From: Amphiscolops sp. MND2022
Lineage: Eukaryota
Length of the DNA stretch: 64,000 nucleotides
Assembly: GCA_964187785.1 (NCBI GenBank)
Contig: OZ076409.1
Location: 23,872,001 to 23,936,000 of the forward strand
Reading direction: 5' to 3'
Below are positions 27,306 through 37,902 of this stretch, in pieces. Below the pieces are notes generated by a model that was not told where the DNA came from, did no database searches, and was given only the letters and a program-made list of their open reading frames with translations. The position numbers and the translations under genes are program-made. The first letter of the stretch is position 1. Each line of letters starts with the position of its first letter.

Positions 27306-27537
27306 TTATCGCTATGTTCATGTTTTATACGTTTGATCTGACTAAGATAATGCTGGTGGTTTCCATTCGAAAAATTACAAACAGCTTGCAAGTTTCTTCC
27401 CTCATATGTGTTTCTTGAGTTTTCCACACTTTTGACAAATTATCAAAGCATTATCTTCAGGATATAAAAAGTTCAAGTAGCCTCGACGAGGCATTAGATC
27501 AATCTACAGTCTATTTTATGCAATTTTATCACTTCAG

Positions 27538-27900
27538 GTCCCCTAATCCCAGGTACAATCAGTTCCGATCCTTTAACAGCGGGGTCAGTGAACATTACAT
27601 GGGTCGATCAAGTAGTAACTGACTCTGGTGTTTCTAAGACAAACTATTTCGACCCTGGCATAGTGGCTAGGTACTACACACTGAAATATGACGTCATCAT
27701 TGATGGATCTGTCAACATCGCTCTGGACGATAACATCACCACCAACTACATGGACTCAGACAGTCTTCTCTGGCACCTAATAGACGGACTGCCAGGCCCC
27801 TCCCACAAAATTGACATCACAATGAAGTCCTATCTTGACTGCAAAAACTACCAAGGCCCACTGGAATCGCTCAACGAGAAAACGTATACTGCATACACAA
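27538..27900 (+). CDS. FN3-repeat TM protein exon (one FN3 repeat)
   Basis: ttcag| acceptor, A|gtaggt donor, phase 1/1; (C)PLIPG...VNITW...DGLPGPSHKIDITM...AYT. Confidence 0.85.
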
Positions 27901-28063
27901 GTAGGTCGTTAGTTAAGGAATGGTTTTTATCACATCCCTGGTTTGGGCTGAAGAGTTTCAAAACATCGAACAACTAAACCTTATTAAACTTTTTTCCTTA
28001 ATGACTAACGGAAACAAATTTCCGTTTTTTTAACAAACGCAAGACAAATAATTGCGTTCACAG

Positions 28064-28342
28064 GACCCAATCCACTTAGCGTACATCCATCTTCTGGCTG
28101 TGTCAGTACAACCGAGATCAAGGAATGTCTGAACTTGGAGGATAACGTTGAACCGGAAAACTTGAAGTTCTACATGGAGAACTATCCGAATGCAGACTCA
28201 CTGGTACACACTAGCAGCAACTATCTGGACAACTGCACGACTGTATCTGGATTGGACCCTGGAACTAGATACAACTTCACTGGAACTGCTACCAAATATA
28301 ACATCGAGGGGCTACCTTTCGACTATTACTACATGTGCACTT
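28064..28342 (+). CDS. FN3-repeat TM protein exon (one FN3 repeat)
   Basis: cacag| acceptor, T|gttagt donor, phase 1/1; canonical TTVSGLDPGTRYNFTGTA. Confidence 0.88.
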
Positions 28343-28776
28343 GTTAGTGAAAGTTTTCTGTGGGTTTTAAATGAAGTGAAAAAAAAACATTACAGCTCAT
28401 ATTTTGTGGTCAAAAATTATGAAAAACTTGGACCGCTTCGATATCAAGAAACCACTGGTAAACTGATCTATTGCCAACTTGAAACCTAAATTATCTGCAA
28501 CTAAAATTATTGTGGTTCAACAATCTTTGAACAAAAGGGTTATGGGAAACTGTGATTGAAAATATCGTTCTACTGTACATGTCAATTTCATTAACTGACG
28601 ATAACAAAAAAGGAGACTCAAGTTTTCATATTTTACAATTGGACTAACATAAAGTGTAACCTTCGGTCCAAGTTGGCTCAAAAATAGTCTATGAAATGAA
28701 TAAATCTTCAATTTCTTGAAACGATTGGAAATATTATGAGGGTATTGTGTACAGCCGCCAATTTTGATCAATTCAG

Positions 28777-28933
28777 GTCCCCTGCCTCCAATAAACTTCC
28801 GCTACGAGCCAGTGTCATCTTCAGAATTCCGGATAAAGTGGGATCCCCCAACTGCAGGAGGATCTGACTCGTACCTCTACACAAAAACAGACTTTCCTCG
28901 GCCTATCTATGTCAACGAAACTGCCCAAATTCT
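28777..28933 (+). CDS. FN3-repeat TM protein exon (N-half of FN3)
   Basis: (C)PLPPINFRYEPVSSSEFRIKWDPPTAGGSDSYLY; ttcag| acceptor and |gtgagt donor, phase 1/2. Confidence 0.88.
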
Positions 28934-29608
28934 GTGAGTATTGCAAACTACTTTCGAGTGAGCGTTTGCTCAAAGTTTACGAGACAAGCATCATTGAGAA
29001 ATGCGTTGTTTCAAAACTAAATGTCTTTTTTCTGCTTTTTGGAGGTATAACGATTGAAGAATTTTGCCACTGGTAAGTTCGAATTGGGTATACGGTATCG
29101 GAGCTCGGAAGCCCAAGCATGTGATAAAGCGACAATGAAAAGTACGAATAATTGCTAACTCAGATACACCACCATCGCTCTCCAATAGATGGGGCAAAGA
29201 TATATTCCCTAATTTGGATATTTTGGAAATACGTTTTATTCCACCAGTTGCTGTTCAAGGATTTTTTGGGTGACGGCTGTTCAAGAGTCAACTCTGTTCA
29301 AAAGTAAACAGCCTGTTATCAGTCCTCAATAGCAAAAACGTCATTTAACTATTCGATCATTTATTAAAGTTTTTAAAACTGAATTGAACAGAAAATAATT
29401 TTATCTTGTAGTTTATTGCAGGTATTTCGATGATAATGTTTTTTAAGCAGCTTTGTCTAAGATTTGCAAGAATATGTCGCCTTCACAACTTTCGTTTCGT
29501 TTTGTCCTCTGAACGTATTTTTTTACAATCAGTAATTTCATAACCGACAGCTCCTAAATACACTTTGACAAAACTAATGCATAACACCAAAGATTGTCTT
29601 TGGAGCTG

Positions 29609-30038
29609 TTTTTAGTCGGCGTTTTTTTTGGTCAGTTCAACGCGATCGGTCCACTTTTTTGTTCATTTGTTCAACTTTTTGACCGGCTAATTTTCTGGTG
29701 TTTGAGCAGGAGAGCGTGGGTTCGAGTCTCCCACTAAACCACAAAATTTTCTTATGCTTCCAAAAGTAGAGGGGAGACCAAAGGGTCCCCCTTTGGGTTT
29801 TTTCGGTACTATGCGACTTTTTTTACCGAATACTTTTCTTTGAAAATTTTTTTTTCCAAAGTCAAGTTAGTTTTTTCTGATATTTCCAGATCAGAAAATA
29901 ACTGTTTAGAGTTTCGGGGAAACCCTTTCGGGTATTGTTCGGCACTGTGTGATAACTGAAAAATTTCACAATAGTTGTTCCTTGAATATTTTTGAGCCTT
30001 AGATATGACGCCGACTTGGGCCGTTCGCGGCTTGTTTT
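29609..30038 (+). mobile_element. HINE-like element copy
   Basis: TTTTTAGTCGGCG...GACGCCGACTTGGGCCGTTCGCGGCTTGTTTT; homologous to 55503-56035. Confidence 0.7.
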
Positions 30039-30259
30039 ATATTCCCAAAAAACCAACAAAGTTATTATTACTATTGCGAAAGTACAAATAACCAATGAGG
30101 CAATTAAAGATAACATCAGACATGTCTTTTGTTCATGGAAAAATCTTGACTTGATCATGACAATGAAAGTTTAGCGCATAAGAATTTGGGTCCTGATCAA
30201 TTGTTTTTCAATATCACCAGATATTATGATTATGAATCTGTTAATAAATTTGGTTTCAG

Positions 30260-30393
30260 CTACTTTGGGAAGTACCCGGGAACACGATACACTGAGAAGG
30301 CAGCTGCCCAAACTATCTATAAATGTGACAGGACTAACGGAATCGAAGATCTTTTAAGCGTCATCACCGAAGATACAATCGAAGCATGCACTT
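30260..30393 (+). CDS. FN3-repeat TM protein exon (C-half of FN3)
   Basis: (L)YFGKYPGTRYTEKAAAQ...EACT; tttcag| acceptor and T|gtgagt donor, phase 2/1. Confidence 0.85.
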
Positions 30394-30999
30394 GTGAGTC
30401 TAGTTTATTGTTGTTTATTTAAAAGAAAAATAAGATTTATTCCAACTTCAGGAAAATTCTGCAGAAAAACGCGAAAAATTTTCTATAGAGGCTTAGCTGC
30501 ACTGCAAATGCTGCATTCCCAGTGTGAAAACTCTTGCAACTCTTGATAAGAATCTTGGATATTCCTGGGTTTCTTAGTAAGAGTCTTGCCAAGAATCTTA
30601 CCAAGAAATCCACGAATTTGCAAGATCTTGCAAGATCGTGCCAAGAAATTCAAGAGATGAACGAACAAAAGTGAACGAAAACAAACAAAAACCGACGCCA
30701 ACTGCAGCTTGATCAGTGTACCTATTATGCCGTAGCTTTCCGCGCTACCAACCAAGCTATCACATTTTGAAATTCAATACTTTGTGTTGTGCTATATCCA
30801 ATACTTCATAGAATGATTGTGTAGCTGGTCGTGCGAACCACAGCGAAGTACTTGTAAACAAAATTACTGGTTGTTTTACAACTTATTTATTCTCTTGACA
30901 CTCTTGATAAGACTCTTACCAAGAGTCCTATCAAGAATTTCAAGAGGTTTGTGTGAAGCAAGAATAAACAAGATCTTATCAAGACTTTCAAGAGTAAAC

Positions 31000-31268
31000 T
31001 GTACTGACCTACATTAATAACCAATAGTATTTAGATGTTTATAGAATGTTCTAGAATGTACATTTATTTGTTATTGAATGATTGTAAATCTCTACTCCTT
31101 CAGAGAGAGAAAACTAATAATCAGTATTCAGTTGACTTCCTTTTTGTTCTACTCCTAACACCTCGGAATAGTTGTAATAAAGTAAGCTAGCTAGCTTGTC
31201 TCTCAGCCGCTTTTAGTAGTTGCGTATAAGACCATCAAAAACAATAACCAACCATTAAAAGCAGCACA
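31000..31268 (+). repeat. 5' LTR of giant element
   Basis: TGTACTGACC...GCAGCACA; 2 substitutions versus the 3' LTR; contains AATAAA. Confidence 0.97.
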
Positions 31269-31271
31269 ATT

Positions 31272-31284
31272 TGGTGCGACTTGT
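31272..31284 (+). promoter_or_regulatory. Primer binding site (TGGTGCGACTTGT; primer tRNA not assigned)
   Basis: TGG located 3 nt after the LTR end; the first 7 nt fit tRNA-Gly-type 3' ends but the rest does not. Confidence 0.65.
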
Positions 31285-31507
31285 AAAATTTTTCTTTTGC
31301 CTTTTCTCCTGGATGATTTCTCTTCTCTCAACAATCATACAAATACCACTCTCCATATTTGAAATTCTCTGGAATTGCAGTGAAATCTTTCTAGAATTTC
31401 TTGAAAGTTTGGTCTGTGACTTTCTAAATTTCATTAATAAATACATCATCGTTCGAAACACAATTTCTCCACTACAACAATCAACTTTAATATAACAATT
31501 TTCTTCA

Positions 31508-31840
31508 CTACCGGTTTATCACGTTTTCTAACACGTTGACACGGTTCTTCTTCCTGTTCTTCTAGCCATACCGGTTTATCACGTTTTCCATTACGTTGAA
31601 ACGGTTTCATTTCGGACTGATTTATCCATTGTGACACAGTTCTGTTTTTCTTCTTTTTCCAGACTGATTTATCCAAAGTGACACAGTTCTGTTCTCCATA
31701 CTGATTTATCACAGCTAATCCGGAAGCTTGTTGAAACAGTTCTCTGATGTTTGTCTGGTTTATCAAGGTTTTCTAACACCTTTGACACAGCAACGTTTGT
31801 CTGGTTTATCAAGGTTTTCTAACACCTTTGACACAGCAAC
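31508..31840. repeat. Degenerate repeat array in the leader (about 7 units with a G(G/A)TTTATC...TGACAC core; exact 46-bp duplication 31749-31794/31795-31840)
   Basis: Direct inspection. Confidence 0.8.
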
Positions 31841-33195
31841 TTTCTTCAATCCTGCTATCTTGAACGTCAGGTGGACTCCTGGTGTAATAGTTGACTGAGT
31901 GCATGTCCAACTCCGCTCACCTATAAGCACATACGTCTCAAGATCAACTTCGTGTTGGCAGAAAACCTGGATTTTCTACTTTTACGTTTCGGATCCCCTT
32001 TCTACAAAATTTCCTACAAAAAAATTTCAGAAATAGACTCTGAAAACATAAAAAAGGCAACCAAGACTAACTACCAAAAACAACCACGCACTATTCCCTT
32101 TCTTTCCTTATTGTCGACAAACAATACAAATAAATTCACAAAACTTAAATAATACAAATAACTTCAAAAATGTTCTCAATAACCAACAAAAATAACAATA
32201 ACAAATAAACTCAAACTTACCTCAAGTACTTCCAATAATAATAATTTTAACATAATCCTACAAAACAATTATTTTAACAAAATACAACATACAATTTTCA
32301 CAACTCTTTTGCTTTAACACTTAAAATAAGGCATGTAAATAACACAAACAAAGTAAAGTTAGTTTTCTACTTTCAGGCACCCACAATTCCTATCCCCTCC
32401 CGTAAGACTTAGCCAATCAGACAGCCTCACCAGCGTACTCTGATTCTAAGACTGACTAAAAACCTTAGTTAAGTGTAAACGTTTTCAAGGAGATTCGAGA
32501 GGACACCGAACTACGTTCGAATCTTCAAAATTCTCAGGAAGTAAAAGTAAAAGTAAAAGAAACAAAGATCAAATTTTGATCTTGATCAGTATTGATCAGA
32601 CTTTGGATAGTGGACGTTGATTGTTCAGAGTTCCACTCCTTTAGTCTTAAAACACACAACCCACTTAAAATTAAATCAACCTTAGTTTTTCTGGACGTGT
32701 CAGTAACCTTATGTTAGACACCTTAAAGTGATCCAGACTTGAAATAACATTTAGTTTCTGTTAGCAATCCTTTGAGATTGAATACAGATCCTACTGCACC
32801 CGCTTATTTCTTCTCTATCCTAAAATATTAACTTCTCAAATAACTTCAAATTACAATACAACTTATATGAACCCAAACCAAGAAATTTATCCTTTCAACT
32901 TTTACCTTCCACCAATTAGCTCACTTCAAAACCCTACACCAAACGATTTTGAAAGATTAATTGAACGATATCAACGATATTTCTTCTTTATCATAAGTCA
33001 ACAAAGAAATTACCCAAGAGCTCGAACTTAGAAAATCTTTATACAAGACATTTCAACGTCATAACCTTCACATTATAACATGTGGGAAAAGGTTACCACA
33101 GTAGTACTCATTACAACATACACGTTTTGTGTCTTATTTATAGTTTGTGTTCTTCTTGAAAAAATACCTACAGTGATAAGAGATAAACTTTAAAA

Positions 33196-36100
33196 ATGTC
33201 CTCAACGACAACCCCTCTACCTTTCCAAACTCCCGTCATTAAAAATGCAAAAGTTGTAAAATTAGAACTAAACCCATTTCTACATAACATTATTTCACAT
33301 TATACACAACCACTCCCATTTGAAAATGAACCACACACAATTGAAACAAACCCTCTTATTAGAGAACATTTGGACACATACCTTTTCTATATTAGATATA
33401 AAGTTTTAACAATCACCGAAGAATACCCAACTTTTCAAATATCCTTTCCTCAACAAAAACTTAACTCATCTCATATATACAGAAGAACAATAAACCCAAT
33501 AAACCTTCAAGTTCCTATTAAACAAGTTTTTCATGCTTTTCTAAATAATGTAAAAGACCACAATTTAGCACACGAAATTCCAAAATATAGTCCAAATGCA
33601 CTCGACGATCTTCAACGATGCATAGACAATTTCGACGTAGAAATTATTGAAACATTGGTTAATCCTGAAGATAACCCTCATCATTGGTTACAAGCTGATA
33701 TATTACGAATTCAAAATTTCATCTACCACTACCTCAAAGACCTAACATTAAATGACCAAACAAGTCCTCAGATCAAAGTAATATCTTTATTTCTCAGAAA
33801 AAATTTCAGATTTAATTATCAACTATTATGGTCTCAACAAGATCAATCTGCTTTTACAGAATTTCCAGATCATTTTACATTAGAAGAATGTTTACCATTC
33901 ATCATCAGTGAACAAAATGAACACCCTTACTTTCATAAACCACAATTAATTACAAAACAAACCTTAGATTACATACGTTTCGATCCTCTATTAATTACAG
34001 AAAATGATCTATTCCCAGATAATAGACCTTACCACTATCAACAAAATTCTCAAGATCAACAAAATTTACATTTTAACACTAACAATTCTACTGAAGATGA
34101 TAACACCGATCAGGAAAATGCAACCCAACAACAAAATCAACCTGAAAACTATAACGATAATGAGTTTACTACCCAAGAATCTACAATCTCAACATTTAAT
34201 CCATCACAAACAGGGACATCAACATCAGTACATACTCACTCCTTTAGAGTTCCCACTAGAGTTGTAAATCAAAGACAAAATATACATAGTCCTCAATCTC
34301 ATTTAGATACATCTCCAAACCGTAATATAACTTTTAACCTTCCACATACAGATGACATAAACGATGAAACCCATGATACATTACAATATAATACTATGAC
34401 TACATCTAGTGCTCAGAATACTTCTGCTAATGTTGCATCTCCAACAAGAACTACCTCTGATTCTACAAGATACATTACTCGACCTAGATATGATCCTCCA
34501 TCAATTCCCTCCGCCTTTCGCTCAAACAGATCGACCACTTCTAGTAACAATTTTAATGATAATCCTCAAACTTCCAACCGATATTACGATCCATTTAATT
34601 ATAACTTTTATCCTCCATCAAACACAACTACCAATACAAATATAAACCAAAACCACTCTCAAATTAATACAATTTCAACAACACAAAACCCCTTCATACA
34701 ATTATCAAATACCATTACGTCCCAGAATATATATTCTCAAAATCGAGGAACCTCGTGTACTTCCATTTCTTATTCTAATATTACACAGGATTCTCAAAGA
34801 AGACTTCATAATCCTCCACTTACACATATACCAACTGATCCTCTGTATCGAATGCATCCAAATCCAAATCTTAACCCTAATCCTAACCCATCCTCACCAA
34901 ATACAATCCAACATATACCTCCACCACTCACACAACAATTAGCTTCTTCACCCCAATATCTACCAATGCCACAAGATACCTTTATAAACATGTCCGCTTC
35001 AATACCAGAACCTATGAAACCTTTTGATGGTTTGGACCATTCTTACACCCCCGAAGAATATCTACAACAAGTCGAAGCAAGATTAACCTTCGCCATAGGT
35101 GAAGAACCTCAAAATAATCCTATAAAATACAAATCTTGGCATAATAGACGCATGGCTTACATACAATGTTCATTAATAGGAACAGCTCTCGATTGGTACA
35201 CTAACCTCCATATATCTTATAAACAACAATGGAATTCCTTTGTACAACTATTCAAAAAACAATTCTCATCTCAAAAAACTGCTTACTACGCTCAAGTAGA
35301 AGCTATGTCACTCATGAAAAAGGATAATGAAACAGTTCGCCACTTCGCCCTTAGAGTACAACAATTAGTTAAAAAGGGATGGTGTAATGAAAATGCAGCT
35401 ACCATAAATCTCAAAAATAATGAAATCTTTACAAAAGGGATACCAAAGAAGTTAAAAGATTTTGCCCATAAACGACAAGTTAAACTTGTATCAACATTAC
35501 TTGAACCTTCAATACCATTTCATACACTTGTTAGACATGTCGATTCAGAAGATATTGCTAATGAAAAAATCAGAACTAACGACTTAGCCCTAGAAATAAA
35601 CAAAGTATCGCTTGAAGAGGATACTAACAAAAAAGAATTTGAATACGAAGATCAGATAATGGTTACTCAAACTGGAGACCCAAATAACAAAAGCAAACCA
35701 GCGTATAGAAAATATTGTTCCTATTGTCATAAAAATAATCATAGTATTTCAAATTGTTATCAAAAACAACGTGATGACGAATACCAGAAATACAATAACC
35801 AAAGATCACGAACTCCTCAACAATCCTTTGTACAATATTTTCGCAGTAAACCTAATAATCCTCAGGAAAATCGAAATGAAAATACAAACTCTTATTCCTC
35901 AGATAATGATCGTAATAAATATAATCAAAACTACTATAATGATAGATACAGAAACAATGATAGATATCGTAGCAATAGTAGAGAATATTCGCAAAACAAC
36001 TATAGATCAAACTCTCGACAAAGATATTATAATCGATCCCGAAGTCCGTATAGATCTCGATTTGATAATTATTATCAAAGAAGAACTCCATCTAGATCTC

Positions 36101-37902
36101 CATATAGATCTCCATACAGAAATAACTCAAATTACAGATATAATTCTCGCTCAAGATACAGATCTCGTTCTCAATCACAAGAAAACTCCTTTAAACGATA
36201 TAATTATCCATATAGATCTCCATCAAGACCTAGAGATTTTAGATCAAGATCTAGAACACCCTCAAGAAACAGACAACAAAACAGAATAAATCAAGTAGAC
36301 GTTAAACCCCCAAAAGAAAATGATAGTACAAAATTTGAAATCCACACCTGTCAAATGACTGAAATAGCTAATACAATCACCCCTTATAGTTGGTTTTATC
36401 CACTATATATTCACGCCTCTGAAACAAATGACAACATATTACCTTCAAAATTAGAAATCTTATTCCTTTTAGATACTGGAGCTTCCATATCTGTTTTGAA
36501 TTTACCAACATTTCATGTAATTTCCAAACAATTAAACATCAATGTTCCAACTAACCTCCAAAACAAAAGAGCCAAAACTCTTACAGTTGCAAACCAAACT
36601 GAAGTACCAATAATACATTATATTTCGATGACCTGTTTCACTGAAGTAAATCACAAAACACGATCCTTCAATATCGAATTTGCAGTAGCAAATATCAAAT
36701 ACAACATTCTTGGAACACCCTTTTTCAAAAAGCACATCCAAAATATTGATTTTCAACAAGACATTATGACGTACACAGAACAACATCCAAAGCTTTCAAC
36801 AAAAACTACATTTTCTACATTTACAGAAAAGGATTATCCATATATTTCTTACATTTATACTATTAAATGTAAGGAACCAATTCACTTTAAACCAAGGTCA
36901 GGAAAAACCATACATTTTCCAATTAAAAACTATTCAAATCTACATTTTGAACTCGAAGATAATACGAAGTTCTACCCAACAAACCCATATACATATTTTT
37001 TACAAAAATTTAAAAATATCTTTTATTTCTTAGATATGATAGTCAATGAAAAAAGCAAAGACTCATGTGCAACTATAATTCAAAACTTTACATCTTACCC
37101 AGCTACATTACCACGAGGAATTATTGGATATATAGAAATACCTATTACGCAAACAACTCCTCCTCACTACAGAGTTAACGATGTAAATTCACTCATTCAC
37201 TCTGTAATACATGCTTATCACCCTGATACCACAACCCCGATTAAACAAATTCCATATACAGATATGAACTTATGTACTAGGGTAATACCACAATCCCTAT
37301 TAGAAATAAACAAGATAGAAATTAACGACAAAACACTTCAACTTCCTATACCTTCTGTTACTGGAAACCTTCGACCTTCAGATAAAATTCGAAAAGATTT
37401 CCCTCCACTACCCTATTCTACAGAAAACCAACCATTCATCAAGAAGTTCAATTTCGAATACTCAGATTTAACCGATACAGAATATGTAAATCTCTGCAAT
37501 ATTCTAATTAACAACCAAAATTGTTACGCCAAACATAAAAACGACGTAGGAAAAATTTCTACTCCTTTTCGAATTAGAATAAAAGATAATTGTAAACTTC
37601 ACGCACAAAGACCTTCTAAAGTACCTATCCAGTATAGAGATAGACTAAATAAACTTTTACTAGAACTCGAAAAATACAACATCATAAAACAAATTGGTTC
37701 GACAACAGATGCAAAACATACTATTGGAACAACATTTTTAAACCCTTTAATTATTATCCCAAAAGGAGACGCAATAAAAGTTGTTTTAGACGCAAGACAT
37801 CTAAACTCAAACACTAACCAAGAACTTGAATCTTGGCCTATTGAACCTTTAGCTCCTCAATTAGCTAGAGCAAATAAAAAAACAAATCAACTATTGATCT
37901 AA
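33196..37902 (+). CDS. gag-pol: Gag-protease-RT(N-terminal) polyprotein, 1568 aa
   Basis: Capsid-like LIGTALDWY...WNSFVQLFKKQF; CCHC knuckle CSYCHKNNHSISNC; RS-rich tract; protease LLDTGAS; RT start (IKVVLDARHLN). Ends at a 1-nt lesion in an A7 run. Confidence 0.92.
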   Translation: MSSTTTPLPFQTPVIKNAKVVKLELNPFLHNIISHYTQPLPFENEPHTIETNPLIREHLDTYLFYIRYKVLTITEEYPTFQISFPQQKLNSSHIYRRTINPINLQVPIKQVFHAFLNNVKDHNLAHEIPKYSPNALDDLQRCIDNFDVEIIETLVNPEDNPHHWLQADILRIQNFIYHYLKDLTLNDQTSPQIKVISLFLRKNFRFNYQLLWSQQDQSAFTEFPDHFTLEECLPFIISEQNEHPYFHKPQLITKQTLDYIRFDPLLITENDLFPDNRPYHYQQNSQDQQNLHFNTNNSTEDDNTDQENATQQQNQPENYNDNEFTTQESTISTFNPSQTGTSTSVHTHSFRVPTRVVNQRQNIHSPQSHLDTSPNRNITFNLPHTDDINDETHDTLQYNTMTTSSAQNTSANVASPTRTTSDSTRYITRPRYDPPSIPSAFRSNRSTTSSNNFNDNPQTSNRYYDPFNYNFYPPSNTTTNTNINQNHSQINTISTTQNPFIQLSNTITSQNIYSQNRGTSCTSISYSNITQDSQRRLHNPPLTHIPTDPLYRMHPNPNLNPNPNPSSPNTIQHIPPPLTQQLASSPQYLPMPQDTFINMSASIPEPMKPFDGLDHSYTPEEYLQQVEARLTFAIGEEPQNNPIKYKSWHNRRMAYIQCSLIGTALDWYTNLHISYKQQWNSFVQLFKKQFSSQKTAYYAQVEAMSLMKKDNETVRHFALRVQQLVKKGWCNENAATINLKNNEIFTKGIPKKLKDFAHKRQVKLVSTLLEPSIPFHTLVRHVDSEDIANEKIRTNDLALEINKVSLEEDTNKKEFEYEDQIMVTQTGDPNNKSKPAYRKYCSYCHKNNHSISNCYQKQRDDEYQKYNNQRSRTPQQSFVQYFRSKPNNPQENRNENTNSYSSDNDRNKYNQNYYNDRYRNNDRYRSNSREYSQNNYRSNSRQRYYNRSRSPYRSRFDNYYQRRTPSRSPYRSPYRNNSNYRYNSRSRYRSRSQSQENSFKRYNYPYRSPSRPRDFRSRSRTPSRNRQQNRINQVDVKPPKENDSTKFEIHTCQMTEIANTITPYSWFYPLYIHASETNDNILPSKLEILFLLDTGASISVLNLPTFHVISKQLNINVPTNLQNKRAKTLTVANQTEVPIIHYISMTCFTEVNHKTRSFNIEFAVANIKYNILGTPFFKKHIQNIDFQQDIMTYTEQHPKLSTKTTFSTFTEKDYPYISYIYTIKCKEPIHFKPRSGKTIHFPIKNYSNLHFELEDNTKFYPTNPYTYFLQKFKNIFYFLDMIVNEKSKDSCATIIQNFTSYPATLPRGIIGYIEIPITQTTPPHYRVNDVNSLIHSVIHAYHPDTTTPIKQIPYTDMNLCTRVIPQSLLEINKIEINDKTLQLPIPSVTGNLRPSDKIRKDFPPLPYSTENQPFIKKFNFEYSDLTDTEYVNLCNILINNQNCYAKHKNDVGKISTPFRIRIKDNCKLHAQRPSKVPIQYRDRLNKLLLELEKYNIIKQIGSTTDAKHTIGTTFLNPLIIIPKGDAIKVVLDARHLNSNTNQELESWPIEPLAPQLARANKKTNQLLI

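Noticed and set aside
31255..31766. Antisense gene in the leader (ORFs 31446-31766 and 31255-31461)
   Set aside because: The peptide repeats simply mirror the DNA repeat units across shifting frames; no coherent frame can be supported without other copies.
31508..31840. CRISPR-like array
   Set aside because: Eukaryotic retroelement leader; the units are degenerate with irregular spacing, and there are no cas genes.
32787..32807. PTAP motif (DPTAPAY) in the leader
   Set aside because: It lies in a very short frame without a clear start; probably chance.
37870..37902. Programmed -1 frameshift between ORF1 and ORF2 of the giant element
   Set aside because: The break lies inside the RT domain (expected KK-Y-KSTIDLMYAY), and the A-run is not phased as X XXY YYZ. 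A 1-nt deletion or sequencing error is more likely.
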